DNA of 64,000 bases. It comes from Flectonema sp. DT1601. Taxonomy: Eukaryota. Positions 19,724-31,103 of this stretch are shown one piece after another. Below the pieces are notes generated by a model. That model had not been told where the DNA came from. It saw only the letters and a program-made list of their open reading frames with translations, and ran no database searches. A program made the position numbers and the translations under genes. Each line of letters opens with the position of its first letter. Position 1 is the first letter of the stretch. The stretch covers positions 186,001 through 250,000 of the forward strand of contig OZ025789.1 in assembly GCA_964019425.1 (NCBI GenBank), written 5' to 3'.

Positions 19724-21772
19724 TCACGTCTCACAAAGGAAGTTAATAACATACCAATTATTACCGTAACCAGAGAGTGATGTTGGCAAACCAGGGGTTT
19801 CATGATTTCTAGGACTAAGGGCTAGGGTAGCAGCCAGGGTTTCGTATTGTTTTAATTTCTGATTACGATGTTCTAATTGACTAAGTGACTGCTCAAGTCT
19901 GCTACTAAGTGATGTCACGTATTGCTTTAGTCTGGACTTCTCATCTTCGAGTGATATTATCTTTTCACTGCATTCGTTGTTTTCTTGTTCTAATCTGACG
20001 AGACGCATTTCAGAAGCAGAATCGAGTCCTTGAGAACCTTCCTGAAGTCTGTTCCGAAGTCGGATGATTTCAGTGTCTCTTTCTCGTAGTTTTTCAGCCT
20101 GCGCCAGTTCTTTTTCTTTTCTTTCTTTAGCTTCAGAGAGTTCTCTGTCAACTCTGGCTTTGCGTTCTTCAGACATTGCGATCCTCTCGTCGTCAATTTG
20201 TTTTTGTATTGAGTAAATGATTTCCTTAGCGTCGTTTAGCTGACGTTGAAGCTGGTCTTTTTCAACGACTAGGTCTTCACATTGAAAGGGTTGAAATTTT
20301 GAAATTTCTAAATCTCTAATTCGCTGAGTCTGTTGTTCTTGTTCAGATCGGAGGTTGTCGACTTCGTAATCTCGAAGTTGAAGAGCCGACATAAGAACAT
20401 CAATTTGATCATCTCTCAGTCTGATCCCATCGTTCAATGCCGTGGCTTCAGCAGCAATAGCCGCCTGATCCTTACCAAAACAGCTCGCTATTCTTGAGGC
20501 TATTTTACCTTTTTCTTGATTGTCGTCGAGGCCAAGTATCTTCCTGCAGCGTTTAGAAAGTTCGAATCGAGATTTATTAATATCATTCTTCATGTTGTCG
20601 TAAACTATTTTATCTTCCGGGTCGAATCGCTCAGACGGTAAAAGATTACAATCGGGTTGAGTATTGACCTGCATTGCTACCTGATTGGAGTTGAACTCCG
20701 CTTCGAGTCGTTCTTCTAACGAAGAAGAAGATTTCAAGTGATCAGTTGAGATAGCGCTGTTATGAATTTCAATTTTAAGTTCCTTAACTTTCTTTGAAAG
20801 TTCTTCAGACTTCCATCTGGATTTCATTTCTCTTTCTCGGAGTTGACCGCAAAATCGATGAACTTTGTAAGCGTCGAGTTCATGAATTTGGTGATAGTCT
20901 TTAAGTTTCTCTCTTGCTAGGGATAATTCTCTTTCTTGCGCATCGAACTGTTGTTTGATTACATTGTTCTTTTTCTTCCAGAAGAATAAAAGTTTTTTCA
21001 GGGCAGTGATATCGTCATTCGCTAATGATAATTCATCTTTTGCTCTCTCGCCTTCGAGTTGAGATTGGAGACCTTCTCTCGCAATTTGTTCAGTCTGATC
21101 TTTTAAACATTCTTTCGATTTATCTAATTTTTCAGTGAATTCTTGCTCTGTCAACATTTTTTCTTCGACCAATTCTTTTCTCATTCTAGATATTTCTTTT
21201 GTAGTGGATTCCTTCAAAGCCGATAGCTGTCTCTCATAATCATCTCTCAGCTGTCTATTTCTGTATAGGTGTCTTTCATTTTCACAATCAACTACAGACA
21301 ATATCTGTTCTGCTACAGTTCCGTGAACTCTCTTTTCTTCTGGAACGTTTCTCTTGTAGACTTTGACTCCTTGATCAAATGAAATCTTTTGAATTAATTC
21401 TTCAAAAGACTGTCCTCTAAATGGATTGTTTGCTTTTAACTCGTGAGCTTCATCAAGCATAGCTACTACTGATTCAGCTTTAGCCTGAAGTACTTCTGTT
21501 TCATCAGCTCTAAGAGCTGTTGTTGAAGCTAGAGTGTCAGTGTTAACTTGTGGATCAATTGTGTAGTTTGTGTATGACGAGTCTTGTACAGCAATTGGAT
21601 CTACGATTGGAGGGTTGAGTTGTCTTTCTCCAAGTAGATCGCTTTCTTCAATCAAATGAGATAATTTCATCAACACAGTCGGGTCTAACATGTCTGCCAG
21701 CATTGGATCACTCGCTACTCCTCCTCCGTCAAGAGAAGCAAAAGCTGAGAATCCCGACTGGAATCCATCCAT
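19724..21772 (-). CDS. Long coiled-coil protein of unknown function
   Basis: Long ORF rich in E/K/L/Q/R. The likely start is MDGFQSG at 21772 because the upstream in-frame part looks intergenic. A GTATGT donor-like site near 19753 leaves the 3' end uncertain. Confidence 0.8.
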   Translation of the reverse strand: MDGFQSGFSAFASLDGGGVASDPMLADMLDPTVLMKLSHLIEESDLLGERQLNPPIVDPIAVQDSSYTNYTIDPQVNTDTLASTTALRADETEVLQAKAESVVAMLDEAHELKANNPFRGQSFEELIQKISFDQGVKVYKRNVPEEKRVHGTVAEQILSVVDCENERHLYRNRQLRDDYERQLSALKESTTKEISRMRKELVEEKMLTEQEFTEKLDKSKECLKDQTEQIAREGLQSQLEGERAKDELSLANDDITALKKLLFFWKKKNNVIKQQFDAQERELSLAREKLKDYHQIHELDAYKVHRFCGQLREREMKSRWKSEELSKKVKELKIEIHNSAISTDHLKSSSSLEERLEAEFNSNQVAMQVNTQPDCNLLPSERFDPEDKIVYDNMKNDINKSRFELSKRCRKILGLDDNQEKGKIASRIASCFGKDQAAIAAEATALNDGIRLRDDQIDVLMSALQLRDYEVDNLRSEQEQQTQRIRDLEISKFQPFQCEDLVVEKDQLQRQLNDAKEIIYSIQKQIDDERIAMSEERKARVDRELSEAKERKEKELAQAEKLRERDTEIIRLRNRLQEGSQGLDSASEMRLVRLEQENNECSEKIISLEDEKSRLKQYVTSLSSRLEQSLSQLEHRNQKLKQYETLAATLALSPRNHETPGLPTSLSGYGNNWYVINFLCET

Positions 21773-21953
21773 AGTTTTGTGTCGTACCTTATGAATAAAA
21801 ATAATAAAACAACTGACTGCTGTGGTTGCTTCAAACAAAGTTAAGAAGACTTTCTTACGTACGTCAGTGTAACAAAAGAGTTCACAGCTGCCGGGGATGT
21901 TAAATCTGAAATCCGTCTTCTGGTTTGCAACAACCAAAATCAAAAACAGATTT

Positions 21954-22154
21954 TTAAACAAAAAACATAAACGGCTGCGGTTCTCCACCACCACCTTTCT
22001 TTCTTGGAAGCTGTGAAATAATTGACTGAAACAGATTTCCGTCTTTTTGTTCTGCTGTGAGCTGACGGGTTGCTACCCGTTTTGGGTGTTGGACAGCTGA
22101 AGTGGAGATCTGAACTTGCTGGGTAGGGTTACCCCCTGCTGGCTGGGTACTCAT
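21954..22154 (-). CDS. Possible short protein or upstream exon (MSTQPAGGNP...)
   Basis: 66-codon ORF with protein-like composition on the coding strand; no recognisable domain. Confidence 0.3.
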   Translation of the reverse strand: MSTQPAGGNPTQQVQISTSAVQHPKRVATRQLTAEQKDGNLFQSIISQLPRKKGGGGEPQPFMFFV

Positions 22155-23347
22155 GTATGGCTTTGTGTAATTCTGAGTGCAGTAAAATAAAAATATAACA
22201 CCGACATCAGTACTTGTAACACACACTTTGAATCGAATCTTTGACGGGATCAGGGGAAGGGTCGGGTTGGGGGGGTCACGACTAACCCACTCAATCTCAT
22301 CGGATAAAAGAAGTAATCGACACGCTCCACTTTTAAAGGGAAAAAAAAAAAAAAAAAAAAAAAAAACATTAAAAAATTCAGTCCACCCCCCATTTGCTTG
22401 CCCTTACTCAGTCAGTTCTGGGATACATCAACTTATCGTTTTTTATTAATTCATCTCTTTTATTATAAGGGTTCCCCTCCCTCCTTTAATCGCGTCAGCA
22501 TAATTTTTATACCGATCGGCGTACAAATTCCTACTACCGGATGATGAGTAGAGAACACTTTTTCTGGTTGTCATCAGAACAATAAAAAAAAAAAAGACTC
22601 ATCCAAGTGAAGAAACTATGTCAACCTTAGGATGCTGATTCTCTCTTTACGGAACCTTTACCAGGAGGCAAATAGTCAGCCTTTATGTATATTTTATTGA
22701 TCACAGACGGTACTACTGGAGGCACAGGGAACGGCTCTTAATCTGAATAGTATTCTTCTCCAAACTTTGTCGGTGCAAAAAAAAAAAAAAAAGAAAAAAA
22801 ACATTCAGATTAGCCTTATATTTCGTTGAATGCAGACAGAATGTCGCACAGGGGGAAAATAAAACATGACCATAAAAAATACCGGCTTTTCAATCTGAAT
22901 GGTTTCTTTTCAGTAAAAAAAAAAAGGAAAAGGAAGTACGAAGGCTTCCTTTTTGTTATCATCATCAAAACAATGGGGACAAGGTCCTTTCGGATTCGAT
23001 AAAGTACCAAACTGGTAAATTTTTAGCTGAATGTATCTTTATTTTTAAAAAAAGGCAGTCTGAGGATTAACAACGACAGCCGAGGGGGGGGATATCACAA
23101 CAAAGAAGCCTTGTTCCCTTTATGGAACAAGTTCTTTTTGTTTTTTTCTCAAAAAAACAAAACAAACAAAAAAGAAAAACAGTACGTCGATTTGGTTTTT
23201 TCGGCATCCGTTAAAAAGGGCTGCCGAAAAATAATAATTCTAAACGAATAAAATAAAAAAGAATTTTAAGAAAAAGCAGGAGGAAAAAAAAAAAAAATCT
23301 ATGTCTTTTTTTTTTTCTTCTTTTTTTTCCCCCATTCTTTCCCTCAC

Positions 23348-23572
23348 CTACGCATTGGCATCATGGAAATACCATTTCTGTTTTTTGGTTTATTTTTGTT
23401 TGACTTATGAAATGCTCAACACGGAGAGATGATTACATACCGTCTGCTTAGGACCTTGTCCTGTTTCTCTACACCGCTGAGTGTAGACGTCGTCATCTGA
23501 AGGTTTGTGATACGACTCCTTACCAGCACCTGATTTTAGTTATTTTTGGTTTTGTTTTTATTATTGCAATTC

Positions 23573-23603
<31 letters not shown>

Positions 23604-23967
23604 ACATACCCGCAAGCATCGAGAATATTGATTGCGCAACAGTCGACACAGTCATTGCTGGAGTCCACGCATCGTAAAGGATATCCATACAAATATGACC
23701 GTTAGAATATATGTGTTCGTGTAATGGAACATCGATAAATATAACTTCTGGAGCATCCATCGGATATTTATCAGTGAACCTGAATCTCAATCTGAATGAC
23801 TTTCCAGTGTACAAACATTCAGCTCCATTACCATCGGTATAATTTAGTGTTATCACCCACTCGGTTAATTTTGGTACGTCTCCATCAATTGATAATCCTG
23901 GAGGAGGACTCGCTTTAATCTTGTCTAACTCACGTTGAAGACGCTTCTCATAAGTCCTCTCAGCCAT
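23348..23967 (-). CDS. UBE2W: Ubiquitin-conjugating enzyme E2, UBE2W-like; exons 23967-23610, 23529-23441, 23377-23348 (158 aa)
   Basis: UBC motifs KYPMDAPEV and HEHIYSNGHICMDIL. Two GTATGT...CAG introns splice in frame to give the C-terminus ...GPKQTKWYFHDANA*, which resembles the UBE2W tail. Confidence 0.9.
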
Positions 23968-24294
23968 GGGGATGGGAGGTTTAACTGTAAAAAGAAGTTT
24001 TTAAAAATAAAACTCATCGTAGTTCATTCCCTTTACCTCTATTCTGACCAGTAATACAGGTAATTAGTATGGTAGTCTTGTCCTTGTCACTCAGCACAGT
24101 ACCAACCCACGACAACATATTAATGTGAAGATACTAAAAGAGAAAAGCATTGGAAGAGGTACTCACTCAGAAAGGGTAGCCTGTTTGGCACACTACGGTT
24201 AACCGCCTTTTTATTTTCAACATAACTTATTTTTTTCATTCACCATCACCACCAAAACAATCCGTGGCTGGTTTCGCAGTGAGATACGTATTTT

Positions 24295-24330
<36 letters not shown>

Positions 24331-24419
24331 CCTTTTTTTTTTTTTTTCCCCTATCTATAAAAAAATAGGGATTTTGTTAAAAAAAATACAAGTTCTCCTC
24401 ACCACATAGAATCGCTAAT

Positions 24420-25973
24420 CTATCTTCCTTGTAAAACGAGTGCGAAGACTTCAATGAGGACTTTCATTCCAGCGTCGAGTTCATCAGATCGTACTTCGTG
24501 CATGAGGACGTGCATTTGATCCTGATCGTTGATACTGTCTAAGTGAATCATTGCCTCCTTTACGTCAGCGACAGGATGCTGATCATCAGCTTTGAGTAAC
24601 TCGATTGTAATTTCTTTACGTTTTTGAAATAATAATTTCTCTCGTTTGAGTTTCTGTTGTCGTTGATGTTCTTGTTCACGTTGAGTACGAATCGCTTTAA
24701 CTTCATCACGACGTTGTCTTTCTGCCAACAGACGAACTGATTTCTGTTCGTTTGTCTCATAAACAATCCACGATGAATGACCTGGAGGTAGATCTGGTGA
24801 TTGGATTTCTGGATATGGAAGTTTCTGACCATTCAGTCGTCCATAACTTGCTTCTACTAAGACTCTTGCGAATGCAGTGGCAGTGTCATCATCGAGGTCT
24901 TGTATTTCAGTCAGAACATCCGATTCTGAAGTCTCTTGTAATTCTTTTGATAAAGCTGCTATACCATCGTATATAACTTTAGTAATGTTTCCGTTTATAA
25001 AAGTATCCGAGGCTGGAGGTGGAAGTGGTGGCAGTGGAGGCAAATCGTCGTATCCAGCTCCTGTTTCCTCCCTATTCTGAGATTCAATAATTTTTCTCTC
25101 CAAGTGAATAACTAACTCATCAGCACTCATCTGCGCGATATCAGTTTCTGAGAGTCCTAAGATAGGACTGGCTTGAGTTCCTAAAGGCTCTATTGTTTCT
25201 GATTCTTCTTCAATTTTTTCTTCTTTTGGAGGTGGTAGAAAAACACCTTTTGGAGGGAGAGCTGCGCCTTCTATTATATCACCTCTCTGATCGATGAATC
25301 CTTGTTCCCATTCTGTTGCTGGTCTACCATTGTGTTTGAATCGGCATTGATTACCTCTCTCACATAGTCCATTTTTAAAATCACGACATTCACCAATGAA
25401 GGCATCTGGTGCAGCTGTGGATGTGAAGAACTCAGCGCCTTCTGGAGCTTCGATTATTTCGATTTGTTTTTTAAATTCAGGAGGAGGTAGAGTTGAGCTG
25501 ACTAACTCACTTAGACCATCAGGTGGAGCTGGAAGTCCTTCTGGTAATTCAACAGCAGGAGCTGGAGGAGCTGGAGGAGCAGAGTAGGTATTCCCAGATG
25601 GCGTTGGGTTGGAAGGCCCTGGTGGCGTTGGATATGAAGGCCCTGGCGGTGTTGGGTAGGCAGGCCCTGGTGGCGTTGGGTAGCTAGGCCCCGGCGGTGT
25701 TGGATAAGCTGGTGTCGTGTAGGCAGGCTGCGTTGGGTAGGCAGGCCCTGGTGGTGTTGGATAGCTTGGCGTCGTGTAGGCAGGCGCTGCTTGCGTTGGA
25801 TAAGCAGGTCCCGGCGCCGTTGGGTACGCAGGCGCTGGCTGTGTTGGGTAAGCAGGTGCCACCCCAGCTGCTGGATACGCCGGCATCCCTGTACCTGGCG
25901 GTGGCTGCATCTGCCCTCCTGGACCCATTGGAGGATGCTGCGCGTAATACGATGCCGGGTTTTGATAAGACAT
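24420..25973 (-). CDS. Proline-rich CCCH zinc-finger protein
   Basis: Start MSYQNP at 25973. YPTPPGP(S/A) repeats, one C-x8-C-x5-C-x3-H finger (CRDFKNGLCERGNQCRFKH) and a charged helical C-terminal region. Confidence 0.85.
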   Translation of the reverse strand: MSYQNPASYYAQHPPMGPGGQMQPPPGTGMPAYPAAGVAPAYPTQPAPAYPTAPGPAYPTQAAPAYTTPSYPTPPGPAYPTQPAYTTPAYPTPPGPSYPTPPGPAYPTPPGPSYPTPPGPSNPTPSGNTYSAPPAPPAPAVELPEGLPAPPDGLSELVSSTLPPPEFKKQIEIIEAPEGAEFFTSTAAPDAFIGECRDFKNGLCERGNQCRFKHNGRPATEWEQGFIDQRGDIIEGAALPPKGVFLPPPKEEKIEEESETIEPLGTQASPILGLSETDIAQMSADELVIHLERKIIESQNREETGAGYDDLPPLPPLPPPASDTFINGNITKVIYDGIAALSKELQETSESDVLTEIQDLDDDTATAFARVLVEASYGRLNGQKLPYPEIQSPDLPPGHSSWIVYETNEQKSVRLLAERQRRDEVKAIRTQREQEHQRQQKLKREKLLFQKRKEITIELLKADDQHPVADVKEAMIHLDSINDQDQMHVLMHEVRSDELDAGMKVLIEVFALVLQGR

Positions 25974-26787
25974 CCTTGTTTGTATTTCTGAAAGAATAAT
26001 AAAAATAATAATCACAACACTTTACCATCAACAATCCTGAACTATACCAATGTGGCGATGAACGTGCAACTAGTCTTCCCCAACAAGTGAGGGGGTCGTG
26101 CTTTTCATTTTATTTTATTTTTTTGTTCTCTTGCCTTCTACCATTTTTATTTTATTTTTTTAAATTTTTTTTTTAAAAACTCCGTTTTTTCAATATCCTT
26201 CTTTTTTTGGAAATACTAAAAAAGAGTAAACACTTCTGTTGATCAAACTATCGACTGGGAAAAAAAATGGGGGAAAACGAAAAAAGAAAAAAGGAAAAGA
26301 GAAAAAAGGAAAAGAGAAAAAAAAAAAAGAAAACTCGGGTTCACTACATCCCCTGTAGATTTTTTTTTTTTTTTTTTTTTTGATTTTTTTTTTTTTAAAT
26401 AGGCAGAATAGATCGACCCCAGTCCATAACCCGAAACAGTATTCTCGTGTCTGGTTGCAGGTCGATCTGTAATTACTACAGGTGCAATACACAATAGTAA
26501 TGCGGTAGTTGTTTTCGTTTGAAGCAGGGGAACGAGAATCCAAAGCGCGCCGAAACCTAAACTGATGACTACCTCTCCCCTTCACAGATGATGGTGAGAA
26601 ATTCTTTTTTTTCTTTCTTCTTTTTTAAAAAAAACACTGAAAAAAAATGGGAGGGGATTTTCCTATATTGCACCTTTGATCAATACTTTGGGTTAGGGAA
26701 GGGGGCGAGGCATTCTTACTTTTTGTTGTATTTTTTTTTTTTTTTTTCCTCCCAATTCCCCTCCAAAAAAAGAAACTGACCCACTCA

Positions 26788-27960
26788 TCAGAGCTTCTTA
26801 ACAACCTGAACAATATCTTCATCGTCAAGCATGTGGTCTTTTCCTACCTTTTGAGGGTTGTGTTTTACACTTGATCCCCATACCCAGGCGTACTTAAAGT
26901 CTTTCATCATCTGCCTATGAAGTTTATCACAGAAAGACTCCACAGAAGGTTTTGGTTCAGATTTCATAATAACAGGTTCGTTGTAGTCAGGAATCTGTCC
27001 TCTTGGTTTTGTGTATGTTCTAACGAGACCTAAATGCTCCCAAATGCATTCAAGAAGACCATCAAGGTTCCAATTATGATGAGCAGAGATCGGACAGTTG
27101 TGTGGAATTCTGTCTATGATGTCGAGTTCTTCTACTGAAATCTGATCAATCTTGTTCATCACATACACTGCAGGAATGTATACGCACTTTCCTTCAATTG
27201 AATCAACCAACTGATCAATGGTGGCATCTTCATAGAAACAGACATCAGCGTTTAGAATTCTGTACTCTTTTAAAACAGAATGAATTTCTTCTGGTTCTGT
27301 TTGAGTCAATTTTACTGTAGAAGTGACGTTTAGACCTCCCTTTTCTTTTTTTTTAATTGAGATATTTGGAGGATCCTGGTTTAATCTTATCCCAAATCCG
27401 TCTAATTCTCTTTCAATAATTAACTTATGAGTAAGTGGTTTTGCAACATCCAAGACGATGAGAAGACAACTACATGTTCTCGCGACAGCGATAACCTGCC
27501 GACCTCTACCCTTACCGTCTTTAGCACCTTCAATAATTCCGGGCAAATCAAGCATCTGAAATTTCGCACCCTTGTATTTGACAACACCAGGAACACATGT
27601 CAAGGTAGTGAACTCGTATGCTGCAACTTCAGAAAAAGTGTTTGTGAGTTTATTTAATAAAGTACTCTTACCTACTGAAGGAAAACCGATGAATCCAATT
27701 CGCGCATCACCTGAGTTGGTTGTCGTTAAGTTAATAGTTTGTTGTTTTATTTAGAATTAAGAATTATTCATACCTGTTTTTTGAACTTCGAATCCTTCTT
27801 GTTTTGGACCTCCTTTTCCCTTGTTGGCGGCTTCTATAAGTTCGTTCTTTAACTTTGCAAGTTTCGCTTTAAGTTGACCCAAATGAGCAGATGTAGCTTT
27901 GTTTTTCTGAGTTCTTCCCATCTCTAACTCGATATCCGCAATTCGTTGTAAAACAGACAT
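26788..27960 (-). CDS. DRG1: Developmentally regulated GTP-binding protein (DRG1/Rbg1-like); exons 27960-27774 and 27710-26788 (369 aa)
   Basis: N-terminal [22 protein letters not shown]1 [28 protein letters not shown] and a C-terminal TGS domain. The 63-nt GTATGA...CAG intron splices in frame. Confidence 0.95.
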
Positions 27961-29570
27961 TTTAAGGCCGAGTGGTGTCCTCTGCCCCGATTGGCAACCC
28001 TAGAAAATAAATAATTCATAAAAAAAACCAATTAACACAACACAATACGGGTGAACTATGGTGATGCTCAGCATTAGCCTTTTGAAGTAACCATTTAGGC
28101 TTCGAGATATTTATGGTGTGTCTTAGATGATAAAAATACGTACGAATTTGATAGTAAATAGAAAAACAACATCATTTCAGGCAGTGTGAACGAATAGGCA
28201 GCAGTACTATTTTTGACTGCGATGCCTCCTTTTTTTTTTTTTTTCAGGTGTAGATTTTTTTTTTTTTTTTTTTTTTGGTTCTTTTTTTTTTTTTTGTTTT
28301 TTCCTTTTCAAATGTCAAGTCAATTAGCAAAATGCCTCTTTTCTCAAAAAAAAAAACGTTCCACGTTGTCCTCTTCAAGAAACCAGGCAGCTTGCTAATT
28401 TTGTCACATCGCAGTACTCACTTCACAAGGTAAACATGTCGCAGGTGTAGATCGTATTCAGGCTCACTAATAAATTGAGGGGGAGATTTTGATTTTTTTT
28501 TTGAAGAGTGGGCAACAGGGAAGACACACACACAATGACAAATAAATCAATCTTTTCACGTGTAAAGAAAAATAATGAAATAAAAAATAACACCTAGACA
28601 GAGTTAAGGAGCTTATTGCACAACAGGATCTCACTTTTAAAGAAATAAAAAATAAATAAAAAAACTCTGACCAGTCACTGAAAGTGTGTAAAAAAAAAAA
28701 AAAAAAGTGAAAAGTGAGAATCCATCATCCCATTCGACCATTCACACGACTTTCCTATAGTAGAATGACGAGGCACTTTTGAATACTTAAAATCTGACAT
28801 CAAATTAAAGTGTAGAAGACTCTGAAGGGGAAAACCCAACCCGAGTCTGAAATGGAGGTACCCGACAGCCATAATTTTTAATTCAAAGAGAGAGAAGAAA
28901 AGAAAAAAGTGTAAACAACGGGAAAGGAGGGAAAAAAAAAAGGAAAAAAAAATTATATTCGCTTGACTGCGAGCGAAGAACAATACTGCAATGTGTGTGT
29001 GTGGGACTGTAGTACTTATATAGTGCTTCAACTCCATCAGCAGTCAGACAACAATAACAGAGTACTTTGTGGACTTCCACAAGCAACACGAACAGAATCA
29101 CGCAGACTTATTTCTGTTTTTTAAAATCTTTTTTTCTCATTTTTTAATTTTTATTTTTTTTTTCAAGTCGTTGCTCCGAAGGAAAGCAAAGCAAGTGTAC
29201 AGCTGGCAACACCATCGATAGAAAGGCAAGAGCGAGATAATCGGTTGCCTTTGGAAAAAAAAAAAAAAAAAATACGTTTCTTGATTATAAAATTATTTAT
29301 TTTTTTTTGTGTATTTCAGTCGTCTAAAAGTCTATTTGTGATCCCAACAAGGGTGCGTGTAACCAAATTAATTTAGTTGGCGAGTCTATGACATGATGTC
29401 GAGTAGTGTAATTGAAGGACACTCAAAAAGAGAACCAGATAGCTGTAGCTCTCTAAGATATCCTCGATACCCACTCACGCATTTTTTTAGTTGATCGTTT
29501 TTTTTATTTTCATTCATTTTATTTTATTACCCCTCATACAAAAAAAAAAAAAAAAAAAACCATCCTATAC

Positions 29571-31103
29571 TTATTTAATTAATCGATATACTATGGTTAA
29601 TCCTATTAGGGCTCCAACTCCAAAGAATTGCCTGCTCAATGCTTGTTTTATGAAATTAATATCACTTGATTGAGTTTCAAGTTGTGATGTTATGAGAGTC
29701 ATCGCCTGTAGCTGTCGTTGATCGAGATTTGAAGAAGAGATAATGTTTTCTACAGAATCAGATTGTTCAACTTCATTATTCATTACAGAACTCCATGGTT
29801 GTCGTTTTCGTTGATTAACTTCTTCCACGGCTTTAACTTCTCCATCTGAGATCATAGATCCCAGAGAGTGATGTTCGTGATATTGATGTCCAATTCCAGA
29901 TAAAACCAACTCTTCACTGCGATGATGTATTTGAGTTGGTTGAAAACCCGTACTCGCAGATTTTTCATCCGTCGGTATAAAGTTACAATCTTCTATGAAC
30001 TCAACACCCTCTGATAGAACGTCTCTCAGAGTCCTTTCAGAAGTAGGAGGATTGTTGTAATGTGATAACTCTCTCAAAGATAATCCTTCACTCGGTCCTT
30101 CTAATAAACGAATAGCGTGAACTAATGACATTTGTAAGTTTGTTAATATTTGAATTGCTGATCCTCGTTGTTCATGTGTGAGAACTCTATCAGAAGAAGA
30201 CAGGGTAACTGATTCATTCAGGTATTCTAACTTATCAGTGATGCTGTTTTGTTCAACAGCTAGGGAGTTGCATTCGTCGATGAAGATTTGACATTCTTCG
30301 TTTTGAGATTGGTGTTTTGAATTATTAAAAAACGAAACCAAGTGAGAAGCTTCTGAAACCGATCCCTGCAACGTCTCAATCATTCTAATTATATAACTTT
30401 CATCAGTTGTTGGACTTTGTGAAAGTTGAGCGAGTCTGCTGTGGACTTCCTTTTGACTTTCTAAAATCTGTGAAAACTCACAACTCAATTCTCTGCTATC
30501 CTCTCCAGTCCGAACTCTCTGCTGACGATTCTTTCGACAATAATCCATCAACCTGTCTAATCCGTAATACTTCGCATCCTCTTCAATCTCAAGAAGGTCT
30601 CTCGTACTGTACAATGGAGATAACGTTCCCTGTCTACAGAAGTCAATTACTTGTTGAAACCATTTTGGACTCCTATCAATCTTAATAGTAGCAGATGATG
30701 GATCGTGTACAGAATATGTATTACTAAACAATGAAGTGAATAACGATGGTGATGATTCACTAGTTAGTATTCCGACGGTGGTACGGAATAGTCGACCTCC
30801 GACTTCTAGTTTCACTTTCGACTCGTTTGAGAAAGTTGAATCTTCAGTTGTAAAATTATTGTCGTTGAAATCTTGAATTTCCTGTAGAATCCATTCAGTG
30901 TCGTCGCAACACTTTCCACAAAAGCTCTCCGTGTGTGGTCTCGTTAATGGAAGCGTCTTCGTTGATAAATTACAATTTTGACATCGGTAAGAATTAGTAT
31001 GAACTTCCTTTACTTGTCTTTTATTAAAAGGATTCACAACATCTTTAGATAAATCTGTCAATGTGCATCCCCTGGGAATCACAACAGATGGAGTTGATAG
31101 CAT
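29571..31103 (-). CDS. BTB/POZ (KCTD/T1-type) domain protein with N-terminal CxxC pairs and a C-terminal hydrophobic tail
   Basis: VKLEVGGRLFRTT...IDRSPKWFQQVIDFCRQG...EDAKYYGL matches the T1-type BTB pattern. The tail is FFGVGALIGLTIVYRLIK. Confidence 0.85.
   Translation of the reverse strand: MLSTPSVVIPRGCTLTDLSKDVVNPFNKRQVKEVHTNSYRCQNCNLSTKTLPLTRPHTESFCGKCCDDTEWILQEIQDFNDNNFTTEDSTFSNESKVKLEVGGRLFRTTVGILTSESSPSLFTSLFSNTYSVHDPSSATIKIDRSPKWFQQVIDFCRQGTLSPLYSTRDLLEIEEDAKYYGLDRLMDYCRKNRQQRVRTGEDSRELSCEFSQILESQKEVHSRLAQLSQSPTTDESYIIRMIETLQGSVSEASHLVSFFNNSKHQSQNEECQIFIDECNSLAVEQNSITDKLEYLNESVTLSSSDRVLTHEQRGSAIQILTNLQMSLVHAIRLLEGPSEGLSLRELSHYNNPPTSERTLRDVLSEGVEFIEDCNFIPTDEKSASTGFQPTQIHHRSEELVLSGIGHQYHEHHSLGSMISDGEVKAVEEVNQRKRQPWSSVMNNEVEQSDSVENIISSSNLDQRQLQAMTLITSQLETQSSDINFIKQALSRQFFGVGALIGLTIVYRLIK

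Noticed and set aside
19612..19753. Putative last intron/exon of the coiled-coil gene (...TESPMHNSG...MFR*)
   Set aside because: The obvious GTATGT donor joined to the caacAG acceptor creates TGA at the junction; it cannot be resolved without cDNA.
22495..22577. Box C (TGATGA) and box D (CTGA) about 83 nt apart on the minus strand
   Set aside because: No clear internal C'/D' boxes, terminal stem or recognisable rRNA guide.
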